A DNA stretch of 32,000 nucleotides from Mycobacterium tuberculosis H37Rv (GTDB taxonomy: Bacteria > Actinomycetota > Actinomycetes > Mycobacteriales > Mycobacteriaceae). Below are positions 20,358 through 30,612 of the stretch, one piece after another. A program made the translations under genes and the position numbers. The DNA lies in contig NC_000962.3 of NCBI RefSeq assembly GCF_000195955.2, positions 2,910,001-2,942,000 of the forward strand, given 5' to 3'. The first letter of the stretch is position 1. The number at the start of each line of letters is the position of its first letter. The notes below the pieces were generated by a model. It saw only the letters and a program-made list of their open reading frames with translations. It was not told the DNA's origin and did no database searches.

Positions 20358-20784
20358 CACCAACATCTGGCTGGCGTTGGCGCTTTCCGGACACGTGCAC
20401 CACAGGGCCTCGCGCGCATGGCTAGACACCATCAACGCGCCCGGAGTCATCCACTTTTGCCGCGCAACCCAACAGTCGCTCCTTCGGCTGTTGACGAATC
20501 GGACGGTGCTGGGCGCGTATGGCAGCCCACCACTGACCAACCGCGAAGCGTGGGCGGCCTATGCCGCGTTCCTGGATGACGACCGCATCGTGCTGGCCGG
20601 CGCCGAACCTGATGGTTTGGAGGCCCAGTGGAGAGCCTTCGCCGTTCGCCAGTCGCCGGCGCCCAAGGTTTGGATGGATGCCTACCTAGCTGCTTTCGCA
20701 CTTACCGGTGGATTCGAGTTGGTGACGACTGACACCGCCTTCACCCAGTACGGCGGAATCGAGCTGCGGCTCCTGGCCAAGTGA
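20344..20784 (+). CDS. vapC41: PIN-domain ribonuclease toxin VapC41
   Basis: 146 aa from ATG at 20344 (MLLCDTNIWLALALSGHVHH). WMDAYLAAFALTGGFELVTTDTAFTQYGG is a PIN C-terminal motif. Confidence 0.93.
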   Translation: MLLCDTNIWLALALSGHVHHRASRAWLDTINAPGVIHFCRATQQSLLRLLTNRTVLGAYGSPPLTNREAWAAYAAFLDDDRIVLAGAEPDGLEAQWRAFAVRQSPAPKVWMDAYLAAFALTGGFELVTTDTAFTQYGGIELRLLAK

Positions 20785-20804
20785 CAGCGCAAGCCCCGCA
20801 GTGC

Positions 20805-21560
20805 TCACTCGTCGTCGAGGGCGGCCAGCACCTCGTCGGACACGTCGACGTTGGTCCACACGTTCTGCACGTCGTCACTGTCTTCTAGCGCGTCGACGAG
20901 CTTGAACACTTTCCGTGCGCCGTCCAGGTCCACGGGCACGCTGACCGAGGGTTGAAAGCTGGCCTCGGCCGATTCGTAATCGATGCCGGCATCTTGCAAA
21001 GCGCTACGAACCGCGACCAGTTCCGCGGGCTCGGAGATGACCTCGAAACTGTCGCCCAGGTCGTTGACGTCCTCGGCACCGGCTTCCAGAACAGCCGCCA
21101 GCACATCGTCTTCGGTCAAGCCGTTCTTTTCCAGGGTCACCACGCCTTTGCGGGAGAACAGGTAGGACACCGACCCCGGATCGGCCATGGTGCCACCATT
21201 GCGCGTCATCGCCACCCGCACCTCGCTGGCGGCGCGATTGCGGTTGTCGGTCAGACACTCGATCAGCACCGCCACCCCGTTGGGCGCGTAGCCCTCGTAC
21301 ATGATGGTCTGCCAGTCGGCGCCGCCGGCCTCCTCGCCGGCGCCGCGCTTGCGGGCCCGTTCGATGTTCTCGTTGGGAACCGAGCTCTTCTTCGCCTTCT
21401 GAATCGCGTCGTAGAGCGTGGGGTTGCCGGCCGGATCACCGCCACCGACACGCGCCGCCACCTCGATGTTCTTGATCAGCCGGGCGAACATCTTGCCGCG
21501 GCGGGCGTCGACGACGGCCTTCTTGTGCTTGGTGGTGGCCCACTTGGAATGGCCGCTCAT
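20805..21560 (-). CDS. YebC/PmpR-family DNA-binding regulatory protein
   Basis: 251 aa. [37 protein letters not shown] signature. Confidence 0.96.
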
Positions 21561-21647
21561 CGCAGTGATTTACCTCTTCTGTTGCTCGTTCGCCAGACGA
21601 GTCTACGTGGGGGTTGTGGGCGGCGAGCCAACCGGCACGAGCAGACA

Positions 21648-21685
21648 CAAAAGCTCCAAATTTCGGCCTGAAACGGGTGCTTTTG
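21648..21685 (-). promoter_or_regulatory. Nested inverted repeat between pdxT and yebC
   Basis: Outer arms CAAAAGC (21648-21654) and GCTTTTG (21679-21685), with inner TTTC/GAAA arms. Confidence 0.35.
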
Positions 21686-21692
21686 CGACTGC

Positions 21693-22289
21693 TCACGCCG
21701 CGGAGGTGACGATGTCGACGAACAACTGATGAATGCGGCGATCGCCGGTCATCTCCGGATGAAACGCGGTGGCAAGCACCGCACCCTGGCGCACCGCGAC
21801 GATGTGCCCCGCCGCGCGGGCCAGCACCTGCACACCGTCACCGACTCGCTCAACCCATGGCGCCCGGATGAACACCGCGCGCACCGGATCGTCTAGACCA
21901 GCGAACTCGATATCGCCTTCAAACGAGTCAACCTGACTTCCAAAAGCATTGCGCCGCACCGTCATATTCATCGCACGCAGGGGCAGCGCCTGGCGGCCTG
22001 CCGCACCGGCGTCCAGGATCTCGCTGGCCAACAGAATCATGCCCGCGCACGAACCATAGGCCGGAAGCCCATCGGCGAGCCGGGCCCGCAGCGGTCCCAG
22101 CAGGTCGAGGTCGAGCAGCAGGTGGCTCATCGTGGTGGATTCCCCGCCCGGGATGACCAGCGCGTCCACCGCGTCAAGTTCGTCGCGGCGCCGCACCGTC
22201 ATCGGCTCGGCCCCGCATTCGCGCAGCGCAGCCAGGTGCTCCCGGGTGTCGCCCTGCAGCGCCAGCACCCCGACCCGTGGAACGCTCAC
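21693..22289 (-). CDS. pdxT: Pyridoxal 5'-phosphate synthase glutaminase subunit PdxT
   Basis: 198 aa. [45 protein letters not shown] and [10 protein letters not shown]. Confidence 0.97.
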   Translation of the reverse strand: MSVPRVGVLALQGDTREHLAALRECGAEPMTVRRRDELDAVDALVIPGGESTTMSHLLLDLDLLGPLRARLADGLPAYGSCAGMILLASEILDAGAAGRQALPLRAMNMTVRRNAFGSQVDSFEGDIEFAGLDDPVRAVFIRAPWVERVGDGVQVLARAAGHIVAVRQGAVLATAFHPEMTGDRRIHQLFVDIVTSAA

Positions 22290-22296
22290 AGCCCGC

Positions 22297-23142
22297 TCAC
22301 TGCCCCACCGACCGGTGACCGCGCCGGTGGCGGGTCAGCCCCTCCTGCATGACCGCCGCGACCATCTCCCCGGACCGTGTGAAAATCTCGCCCCGAGTCA
22401 GCGCACGACCGCCGCTGGCCGACGGCGACGACTGGTCGTACAGCAACCACTCGTCGGCGCGGAAGGGTCGCATGAACCACATCGCATGGTCCAGCGATGC
22501 CACCTGCAGCTGGTCGCGCACATCGAGGTGGTTGACTTGTGCCGATCCCAGCAGCGTGAGGTCGCTCATGTAGGCGAGTGCACAGATGTGCAACACCGGG
22601 TCGTCGGGCAACGGGTCACGGTGGCGAAGCCACACCTGCTGCTGGGAAGCCTTGCCCGGCAAAAGCCGCAGGCGCTCCCGGGGCACGATGCACACGTCCC
22701 ACTCGTCGAACTGCCGGAACCCGGCATCATCGAAAACCTTGATCGAGTTCAACCCCGGCAGGCCGTCGGGCGGCGGCGCCGCTGGCATAACGTCTTGGTG
22801 GGTAATGCCCTCCTGTTCGGTCTGGAACGACGCCGCCATGCTGAATATGGTTTCCCCGTGCTGGACTGCGTTGACCCGCCTGGTGCAGAACGATCCACCG
22901 TCGCGGATGCGTTCGACCAGAAAAACCGTGCGCTCCTTGGCATCTCCAGGCCGAAGAAAATAGCCGTGCAGCGAGTGCACCATGTACCGCGGGTCGACGG
23001 TGCGCACCGCCGACACCAGCGACTGGCCGGCTACATGACCACCGAAAGTGCGTTGCAGGAAGCCCGATTCGGGGCTGAACACGCTTCCTCGGTAGATGTT
23101 GACCTCAAGTTGCTCAAGATCAAGGATCTCTTCGATCGACAC
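22297..23142 (-). CDS. tesB2: Acyl-CoA thioesterase II (double hotdog)
   Basis: 281 aa from GTG at 23142 ([50 protein letters not shown]). The ORF track's longer N-terminus runs into pdxS and is not family-like. Confidence 0.93.
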   Translation of the reverse strand: MSIEEILDLEQLEVNIYRGSVFSPESGFLQRTFGGHVAGQSLVSAVRTVDPRYMVHSLHGYFLRPGDAKERTVFLVERIRDGGSFCTRRVNAVQHGETIFSMAASFQTEQEGITHQDVMPAAPPPDGLPGLNSIKVFDDAGFRQFDEWDVCIVPRERLRLLPGKASQQQVWLRHRDPLPDDPVLHICALAYMSDLTLLGSAQVNHLDVRDQLQVASLDHAMWFMRPFRADEWLLYDQSSPSASGGRALTRGEIFTRSGEMVAAVMQEGLTRHRRGHRSVGQ

Positions 23143-23170
23143 GCGATGACCGTCTGCTCGTCGCGGGTTC

Positions 23171-24070
23171 TCACCAGCCGCGCTGGGCGAGCCGATGACC
23201 GACAGCGATCTCGTCCACGTTGATGCCCACCATCGCCTCGCCCAGCCCGCGCGACACCTTGGCCAGCACATCGGGATCGTCGAAGAACGTGGTGGCCTTG
23301 ACGATCGCGGCGGCGCGGTGCTCAGGGGCGCCGGACTTGAAAATACCGGAACCCACGAAGACGCCCTCGGCGCCAAGCTGCATCATCATCGCCGCGTCGG
23401 CGGGCGTGGCGATACCCCCGGCGGTGAACAGTGTGACCGGCAACTTGCCCGCCCGAGCTACCTCGGCAACGAGTTCATAGGGCGCTTGCAATTCTTTTGC
23501 CGCGACAAACAATTCGTCCTCCGACATCGACGTCAACCGGCGGATCTCACCACCGATGGCCCGCATGTGTGTGGTCGCGTTGGAGACGTCTCCGGTCCCG
23601 GCCTCGCCCTTGGACCGGATCATGGCCGCTCCCTCGCTGATGCGCCTCAACGCCTCACCGAGATTGGTCGCCCCACACACGAAAGGCACCGTGAAGTTCC
23701 ACTTGTCGATATGGTGGGCGTAGTCAGCGGGCGTCAGCACCTCGGACTCGTCGATGTAGTCGACGCCCAACGTCTGCAGGATCTGCGCCTCGACAAAGTG
23801 GCCGATGCGCACTTTAGCCATCACCGGGATGGTGACCGCGGCGATGATGCCCTCGATCATGTCGGGGTCACTCATCCGCGACACCCCGCCCTGGGCGCGG
23901 ATATCGGCGGGCACCCTTTCCAACGCCATTACCGCAACCGCACCGGCGCCCTCGGCGATGCGGGCCTGCTCCGGGGTGACAACGTCCATGATGACGCCGC
24001 CCTTGAGCATCTCGGCCATGCCGCGCTTGACCCGCGCCGTACCGGTCGCTGGGTTACCTGCAGGATCCAT
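23171..24070 (-). CDS. pdxS: Pyridoxal 5'-phosphate synthase lyase subunit PdxS
   Basis: 299 aa from ATG at 24070. [45 protein letters not shown]. Confidence 0.98.
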
Positions 24071-24197
24071 GGTGCCTCCTCTTGTCCCCACTACGATACG
24101 ACCGCTACCGCGCCGGTCTGCTAGCCACTCAGGGGCGTGGCCAGGACGCCGATTGGTAAATTACGAATCCCTCAGCCGTGCAGCACCGGAGGCCGGA

Positions 24198-24872
24198 ATG
24201 GACGATGACGCCCAAATGGTCGCGATCGATAAAGACCAATTGGCAAGGATGCGTGGCGAATACGGCCCGGAGAAGGATGGCTGCGGAGATCTGGACTTCG
24301 ACTGGCTCGACGACGGCTGGCTCACGCTGCTGCGGCGCTGGTTGAACGATGCACAACGCGCCGGAGTGAGTGAACCGAACGCGATGGTGCTCGCCACCGT
24401 TGCCGACGGAAAACCGGTGACCCGTTCGGTACTTTGCAAAATCCTGGACGAGTCCGGTGTCGCGTTCTTTACCAGCTACACCTCCGCCAAAGGCGAGCAG
24501 CTCGCCGTGACACCATACGCATCGGCAACCTTTCCCTGGTACCAGCTAGGTCGCCAGGCACACGTACAGGGCCCAGTCAGCAAGGTCAGCACCGAGGAGA
24601 TATTCACGTATTGGTCCATGCGCCCCCGGGGCGCGCAGCTGGGTGCGTGGGCCTCGCAGCAGTCGCGCCCGGTCGGTTCTCGCGCCCAGCTCGATAACCA
24701 GCTCGCCGAGGTGACGCGTCGCTTCGCCGACCAGGACCAGATCCCGGTGCCCCCAGGATGGGGCGGCTACCGCATCGCTCCGGAAATCGTGGAATTCTGG
24801 CAGGGCCGGGAGAACCGCATGCACAACCGAATCCGCGTCGCCAATGGCCGGCTGGAACGGTTGCAACCCTGA
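24198..24872 (+). CDS. pdxH: Pyridoxamine 5'-phosphate oxidase-family protein
   Basis: 224 aa from ATG at 24198 with GGAGG upstream. [42 protein letters not shown] and ...[19 protein letters not shown]. Confidence 0.93.
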   Translation: MDDDAQMVAIDKDQLARMRGEYGPEKDGCGDLDFDWLDDGWLTLLRRWLNDAQRAGVSEPNAMVLATVADGKPVTRSVLCKILDESGVAFFTSYTSAKGEQLAVTPYASATFPWYQLGRQAHVQGPVSKVSTEEIFTYWSMRPRGAQLGAWASQQSRPVGSRAQLDNQLAEVTRRFADQDQIPVPPGWGGYRIAPEIVEFWQGRENRMHNRIRVANGRLERLQP

Positions 24873-25045
24873 TCGTCGAGTCTGGCCACCTCGCGGGCGA
24901 AGTTTGACGGAACCTCGCAGATCTTGCCGGACATGCCATAGAGTCTTTGACCGGAATGCCCGCTGACCCGTGACGACGCGGTCACCGGGGATACCCGCCG
25001 CGGTGGTGGCCAACCGATAACGGCCAACCGAGAAAGTACACAGCG

Positions 25046-26788
25046 ATGAATTTCGCCGTTTTGCCGCCGGAGGTGAATTCGGCGCGCATATTCGCCGGTG
25101 CGGGCCTGGGCCCAATGCTGGCGGCGGCGTCGGCCTGGGACGGGTTGGCCGAGGAGTTGCATGCCGCGGCGGGCTCGTTCGCGTCGGTGACCACCGGGTT
25201 GGCGGGCGACGCGTGGCATGGTCCGGCGTCGCTGGCGATGACCCGCGCGGCCAGCCCGTATGTGGGGTGGTTGAACACGGCGGCGGGTCAGGCCGCGCAG
25301 GCGGCCGGCCAGGCGCGGCTAGCGGCGAGCGCGTTCGAGGCGACGCTGGCGGCCACCGTGTCTCCAGCGATGGTCGCGGCCAACCGGACACGGCTGGCGT
25401 CGCTGGTGGCAGCCAACTTGCTGGGCCAGAACGCCCCGGCGATCGCGGCCGCGGAGGCTGAATACGAGCAGATATGGGCCCAGGACGTGGCCGCGATGTT
25501 CGGCTATCACTCCGCCGCGTCGGCGGTGGCCACGCAGCTGGCGCCTATTCAAGAGGGTTTGCAGCAGCAGCTGCAAAACGTGCTGGCCCAGTTGGCTAGC
25601 GGGAACCTGGGCAGCGGAAATGTGGGCGTCGGCAACATCGGCAACGACAACATTGGCAACGCAAACATCGGCTTCGGAAATCGAGGCGACGCCAACATCG
25701 GCATCGGGAATATCGGCGACAGAAACCTCGGCATTGGGAACACCGGCAATTGGAATATCGGCATCGGCATCACCGGCAACGGACAAATCGGCTTCGGCAA
25801 GCCTGCCAACCCCGACGTCTTGGTGGTGGGCAACGGCGGCCCGGGAGTAACCGCGTTGGTCATGGGCGGCACCGACAGCCTACTGCCGCTGCCCAACATC
25901 CCCTTACTCGAGTACGCTGCGCGGTTCATCACCCCCGTGCATCCCGGATACACCGCTACGTTCCTGGAAACGCCATCGCAGTTTTTCCCATTCACCGGGC
26001 TGAATAGCCTGACCTATGACGTCTCCGTGGCCCAGGGCGTAACGAATCTGCACACCGCGATCATGGCGCAACTCGCGGCGGGAAACGAAGTCGTCGTCTT
26101 CGGCACCTCCCAAAGCGCCACGATAGCCACCTTCGAAATGCGCTATCTGCAATCCCTGCCAGCACACCTGCGTCCGGGTCTCGACGAATTGTCCTTTACG
26201 TTGACCGGCAATCCCAACCGGCCCGACGGTGGCATTCTTACGCGTTTTGGCTTCTCCATACCGCAGTTGGGTTTCACATTGTCCGGCGCGACGCCCGCCG
26301 ACGCCTACCCCACCGTCGATTACGCGTTCCAGTACGACGGCGTCAACGACTTCCCCAAATACCCGCTGAATGTCTTCGCGACCGCCAACGCGATCGCGGG
26401 CATCCTTTTCCTGCACTCCGGGTTGATTGCGTTGCCGCCCGATCTTGCCTCGGGCGTGGTTCAACCGGTGTCCTCACCGGACGTCCTGACCACCTACATC
26501 CTGCTGCCCAGCCAAGATCTGCCGCTGCTGGTCCCGCTGCGTGCTATCCCCCTGCTGGGAAACCCGCTTGCCGACCTCATCCAGCCGGACTTGCGGGTGC
26601 TCGTCGAGTTGGGTTATGACCGCACCGCCCACCAGGACGTGCCCAGCCCGTTCGGACTGTTTCCGGACGTCGATTGGGCCGAGGTGGCCGCGGACCTGCA
26701 GCAAGGCGCCGTGCAAGGCGTCAACGACGCCCTGTCCGGACTGGGGCTGCCGCCGCCGTGGCAGCCGGCGCTACCCCGACTTTTCTAA
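25046..26788 (+). CDS. PPE42: PPE-family protein with a short NxGxGN repeat tract and a C-terminal PE-PPE (serine-hydrolase-like) domain
   Basis: 580 aa. [38 protein letters not shown] is the PPE domain; residues 187-252 are repeats; GTSQS nucleophile-like motif encoded at 26102-26116. Confidence 0.93.
25604..25801 (+). repeat. MPTR-like coding repeat (N-x-G-x-G-N pentapeptide units)
   Basis: [66 protein letters not shown]. Confidence 0.85.
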
Positions 26789-26809
26789 GCGGTCCACAAA
26801 CCGTGCACG

Positions 26810-27865
26810 TCAGCGGATGGGCTGAGGAACGCCGGCATCGCGCGCGGCTCCGTTGTCCAGCGCGACGTCCACCAGCCGGTTGGCTGCCGGCAACAGCTCG
26901 CCTAGTTGCAACGGGTACACCCGCTCGCCCGCCGCCACCAGCTGCGCGATGTCGTTCGCGTCACACCAGCGGGCATCGCGAATATAGCGGCGTTCCAACT
27001 CGGTTCGCCCCTGCACAGCAGGCTCGAACCGACGCGTCCGGTGCACCAGGTAGAACTCCTCGCTGTCGATCAGCGACCCGTTGAACTCGAAGACCTCGTC
27101 GCGTCGCCAGATAGGTCCGATCATGTCGGCCGGGGCCACCCGCAGACCGGTTTCTTCGGCCAGCTCCCGGGCGGCGGCCTGGGCCAGCCGCTCACCCGGT
27201 CGCACTTGGCCCCCGACGGTGAACCACCACTTCGGCGCCGCGCCGTCCCGAAACGCCGGGTTCGCCGGATCCGATCCGCACAGCAACAACACGGCACCGC
27301 TGTCATCCAATAGCACCACCCGCGCCGAGGTGCGGCGACCGGACGCACCCTGATCGCCGTGCACCAATGCGTGGGGTCGCTCGACGATCTCGAAATAGGT
27401 TGGCAGCACAGCGGTTCCACCAAGCCGCAGCAATCGCACCAGCCGTCGTTCCCCCAGAGCGAGGGTGTCGCGAACGGCGTCGTTGTGGAAGCGGCGGGCC
27501 AGCAGGACGCGGGCTTCCGCGTCGGCTAACTCGGCGATCAGGGCCGCGGGCAGCGACGCGGGGTTGACCATCGCCAACGCGGCCGAAAGCTCGTTCTCCG
27601 CATTCTCGCGCGCATGCCGGGGCGCGCCCTCCGCGGCGTCGGCTAAGGCGGCCAGCCGACTGCCCTGGGGGGCACCGCCGTACGCGTCGATCGCCACCGC
27701 ACGTGCCACCACCGCTCGTCGCGCGAGCGCGCTGTCCAGCGACTGCCACGACAAGTCATAGCGCACGTTCAACCGGTTCAACCGGTTGGCCGTCTGATAT
27801 CCCCAGGCGCCGAACGCAACCAGCACAACGAGCAGCACTGCGCCGGCCAGGACCAGCCACGTCAT
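26810..27865 (-). CDS. Membrane-anchored NUDIX hydrolase with a LemA-like N-terminal region (Rv2609c equivalent)
   Basis: 351 aa. TM helix, then RLNRLNVRYDLSWQSLDSALARRAVVARAV and ARRFHNDAVRD. Nudix box GQVRPGERLAQAAARELAEETGL. Confidence 0.88.
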   Translation of the reverse strand: MTWLVLAGAVLLVVLVAFGAWGYQTANRLNRLNVRYDLSWQSLDSALARRAVVARAVAIDAYGGAPQGSRLAALADAAEGAPRHARENAENELSAALAMVNPASLPAALIAELADAEARVLLARRFHNDAVRDTLALGERRLVRLLRLGGTAVLPTYFEIVERPHALVHGDQGASGRRTSARVVLLDDSGAVLLLCGSDPANPAFRDGAAPKWWFTVGGQVRPGERLAQAAARELAEETGLRVAPADMIGPIWRRDEVFEFNGSLIDSEEFYLVHRTRRFEPAVQGRTELERRYIRDARWCDANDIAQLVAAGERVYPLQLGELLPAANRLVDVALDNGAARDAGVPQPIR

Positions 27866-29001
27866 CAGCTGGCCACCTGAACCTTGGCGCCCGACCCGGC
27901 GACCGTCTCGTACACTCGCATGATCTGGCTGGCCACCACCGACCAGTCATACCGGCGGACGGCCGCGTTGCCGGCCGCCACATAGCGCTCCCGCAGGACA
28001 TCGTTCTCCAGCACCGCAATCAGTCCATCGGCCAACGCGGCGGCCTGCAAGTCTGGCGGGTCCACCGGCACCAGGTGCCCGACCTCACCGTCGCGCAGCA
28101 CACGCCGGAAGGCGTCGAGGTCGCTGGCCACCACCGCAGTGCCGGCGGCCATCGCTTCGACCAGCACAATGCCGAAACTCTCACCGCCGGTGTTGGGCGC
28201 ACAGTAGACGTCGGCGCTGCGCATCGCCGAAGCTTTTCCGGCGTCGTCCACCTGACCCAGAAAGCGCAGGTGCGCCGCCAAACGGCCCGCCTGGCCGCGC
28301 AACTGGTCGGCGTCGCCGTGGCCGACGATCAGTAGCTGGACATCCGGAAACCGCTGCACCACCTTCGGCAGCGCGTCGAGCAAAACGGCCATGCCCTTGC
28401 GGGGCTCGTCGTAGCGACCCAGGAACAACACCGTTTTACCCTGGCGCGGGTACCCGTCCAGCCGCGCTGCCGAGGCGAAGGAATCAACGTCCACCCCATT
28501 GGGGATCTCCACCGCATCGGATCCCAACGCCTCCATCTGCCAGCGCCGGGCTAGGTCGGACACCGCGATCCGGCCGACGATCTTCTCGTGCATGGGCCGC
28601 AGAATGCCCTGGAACACCGTCAGCGTCAGCGACTTGGTGGTCGAGGTGTGAAATGTCGCCACAATCGGGCCCTCGGCAATGTTCAGGGCCAGCATCGACA
28701 GGCTCGGCGCATTCGGCTCGTGTAGATGCAGTACGTCGAAATCACCATGCGCAAGCCACTTTTTGACCTTGCGGTGGGTCGCCGGACCGAACCGCAGCCG
28801 GGCCACCGAGCCGTTGTAGGGAATCGGAACCGCCCTACCACCGGAGACAAAGTAATCAGGCAGTGCGGCATGCGGGGAGGCCGGCGCGAGCACACTGACC
28901 AAGTGGCCGCGGGTGCGCATCACCTCGGCAAGCTGTAGCACATGCGACTGCACCCCGCCCGGGACGTCGAACGAGTACGGACAAATCATGCCGATCCGCA
29001 T
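27865..29001 (-). CDS. pimA: Phosphatidyl-myo-inositol alpha-mannosyltransferase (GT4)
   Basis: 378 aa. MRIGMICPYSFDVPGGVQSHVLQLAEVMRTRGHLVSVLAP and GESFGIVLVEAMAAGTAVVASDL. Confidence 0.96.
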   Translation of the reverse strand: MRIGMICPYSFDVPGGVQSHVLQLAEVMRTRGHLVSVLAPASPHAALPDYFVSGGRAVPIPYNGSVARLRFGPATHRKVKKWLAHGDFDVLHLHEPNAPSLSMLALNIAEGPIVATFHTSTTKSLTLTVFQGILRPMHEKIVGRIAVSDLARRWQMEALGSDAVEIPNGVDVDSFASAARLDGYPRQGKTVLFLGRYDEPRKGMAVLLDALPKVVQRFPDVQLLIVGHGDADQLRGQAGRLAAHLRFLGQVDDAGKASAMRSADVYCAPNTGGESFGIVLVEAMAAGTAVVASDLDAFRRVLRDGEVGHLVPVDPPDLQAAALADGLIAVLENDVLRERYVAAGNAAVRRYDWSVVASQIMRVYETVAGSGAKVQVAS

Positions 29002-29011
29002 CAGGCTTTCC

Positions 29012-29962
29012 TCATCTGGACCTCAGTTGCGCCCGCCGCGATTCGGATAAGTCGGCCAGCCACTGGGGCTGCAGCATGTGCCAATCCGCGGGATGGGCGG
29101 CAATGTTCTGCGCGAAGCGGTCGGCCAGCGCCTGTGTGATGGCAGCGACGTCACCGCTGGTGCAATCCAGCGCCGGATACACCTGGAAACCCCAGCCGCG
29201 GCCCTCGAACCAGCAATGTGTGGGCAGCAATGCCGCACCGGTCTCGACCGCCAGCTTCGCCGGCCCCACCGGCATCCGGGTGGGCTCGCCGAAGAAGTCG
29301 ACCTCAACACCGGTGCGGGTGAGATCGCGCTCGGCCATCAGGCAGACCACTCGGTTGTTCCTCAGCCGCTCAGAGAGCACCTCGAACGGCGGCCGTTCGC
29401 CGCCGGACAGCGGCAGCACCTCAAATCCCAGGCTTTCGCGGTAGTCGATAAAGCGCTGGTACAGCGATTCGGGTTTTAGGCGCTCGGCGACGGTGGTGAA
29501 GGTGCCGTGCCGCTGCACCAGCCACATCCCGGCCATATCCCAGTTGCCGCTGTGCGGCAACGCCAGCACGGCACCGAGGCCCGCGGCCAGCGCCGCGTCC
29601 AGGTGATCCAGTCCACCGATCACGCGGTCGAGCTGGCGGGCCAGCTTGCGGTGGTTTATCGTCGGCAGCCGGAACACCTCACGCCAGTAGCGCCCGTAGG
29701 ACTCCAGCGAGGCGCACATCAGCGGGTCCGGCACCGCGGCTGGCGGCACACCCAGGACGCGGGCCAGGTTCTTGCGCAGCTGCTCGGGCCCGCCGTGGCG
29801 GGCAAAGTAGCGCGCTCCGGTGTCGAATGCGTTGCGTACGGCGAACTCTGGCAGCGCCCGTACGGCCATCCAGCCGGCCGCATACGCCCAGTCGGTCGCG
29901 GTGCGCGTCACGGAACTGCGCGGATCTTTGGGCAGCTTCAAGCCCTTAAGGCCGGCAATCAC
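29012..29962 (-). CDS. PIM acyltransferase (HtrB/LpxL-like lysophospholipid acyltransferase fold; Rv2611c equivalent)
   Basis: 316 aa from GTG at 29962 (MIAGLKGLKLPKDPRSSVTRTATDWAYAAGW). ALPHSGNWDMAGMWL contains the H-x4-D-like motif. Confidence 0.9.
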   Translation of the reverse strand: MIAGLKGLKLPKDPRSSVTRTATDWAYAAGWMAVRALPEFAVRNAFDTGARYFARHGGPEQLRKNLARVLGVPPAAVPDPLMCASLESYGRYWREVFRLPTINHRKLARQLDRVIGGLDHLDAALAAGLGAVLALPHSGNWDMAGMWLVQRHGTFTTVAERLKPESLYQRFIDYRESLGFEVLPLSGGERPPFEVLSERLRNNRVVCLMAERDLTRTGVEVDFFGEPTRMPVGPAKLAVETGAALLPTHCWFEGRGWGFQVYPALDCTSGDVAAITQALADRFAQNIAAHPADWHMLQPQWLADLSESRRAQLRSR

Positions 29963-30612
29963 CGGTCGCCCTTTCCAGGAATCGCCATCCGATCGATGGC
30001 TCCGGGTGAAGTCCAGACCGTGTGCAACCGCTGCACGCAGGTGATCACGCTGGCGACGGCCAGCAGCCACATCCCCACCGACAACGCCGGCGGCCAGGGC
30101 ACAAACGGGAAGTCCGACACCCCGGCGCCGGTCAGCACGATGATCAACCGTTCCGGCCGTTCGATGAAGCCGCCGTCGCCGCGCAGCCCGCTGGCCTCCG
30201 CCCGGGCCTTGATGTAAGAGATCACCTGCGAGGTGACCAGACAGATCAAGGTCGCGATCACCAGCGGTCGGTCGCGCATGTGAAACGCTATCCACCACAG
30301 CAGACCGCAGAACACCGCGCCGTCACTGATGCGGTCACAGGTGGCGTCCAGCACCGCGCCGAAGCGAGTGCCGCCCCCGCGCTCCCGGGCCATCGCCCCG
30401 TCCAGCATGTCGAACAACACGAAGAACCACACCACACACGCACCCGCGAACAGCTTGCCCATCGGGAACAGCGTCAGCGCTCCCGCCACCGACGCGGTGG
30501 TGCCCAGGATGGTGACGACGTCCGGCGTGAGGCCGACCCGCAGCAGTCCCCTGGCGATCGGGGTGGTAATCCGGGCGAACGCCGCCCGGGACAGGAAGGG
30601 CAGCTTGCTCAT
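29959..30612 (-). CDS. pgsA1: Phosphatidylinositol (phosphate) synthase, CDP-alcohol phosphatidyltransferase
   Basis: 217 aa from ATG at 30612. FDMLDGAMARERGGGTRFGAVLDATCDRISDG matches DG-x2-AR-x8-G-x3-D-x3-D. Confidence 0.96.
   Translation of the reverse strand: MSKLPFLSRAAFARITTPIARGLLRVGLTPDVVTILGTTASVAGALTLFPMGKLFAGACVVWFFVLFDMLDGAMARERGGGTRFGAVLDATCDRISDGAVFCGLLWWIAFHMRDRPLVIATLICLVTSQVISYIKARAEASGLRGDGGFIERPERLIIVLTGAGVSDFPFVPWPPALSVGMWLLAVASVITCVQRLHTVWTSPGAIDRMAIPGKGDR

Noticed and set aside
22132-23223. 363-aa plus-strand ORF over pdxT/tesB2.
   Set aside because: Antisense to two well-recognised genes, with Arg/Gln/His-rich composition typical of a shadow frame.
23195-24124. 309-aa plus-strand ORF antisense to pdxS.
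   Set aside because: Shadow frame of a highly conserved enzyme gene, with no recognisable domain.
24970-24985. GTGAC-GACGCG-GTCAC upstream of PPE42 considered as a second CRP site.
   Set aside because: The half-sites give GTGA-N8-TCAC, which is the wrong spacing for CRP (N6). It remains only a generic palindrome.
29963-30298. 112-residue N-terminal extension on the acyltransferase ORF (MVDSVSHARPTAGDRD...).
   Set aside because: It overlaps pgsA1 out of frame; homology starts at the GTG at 29962.
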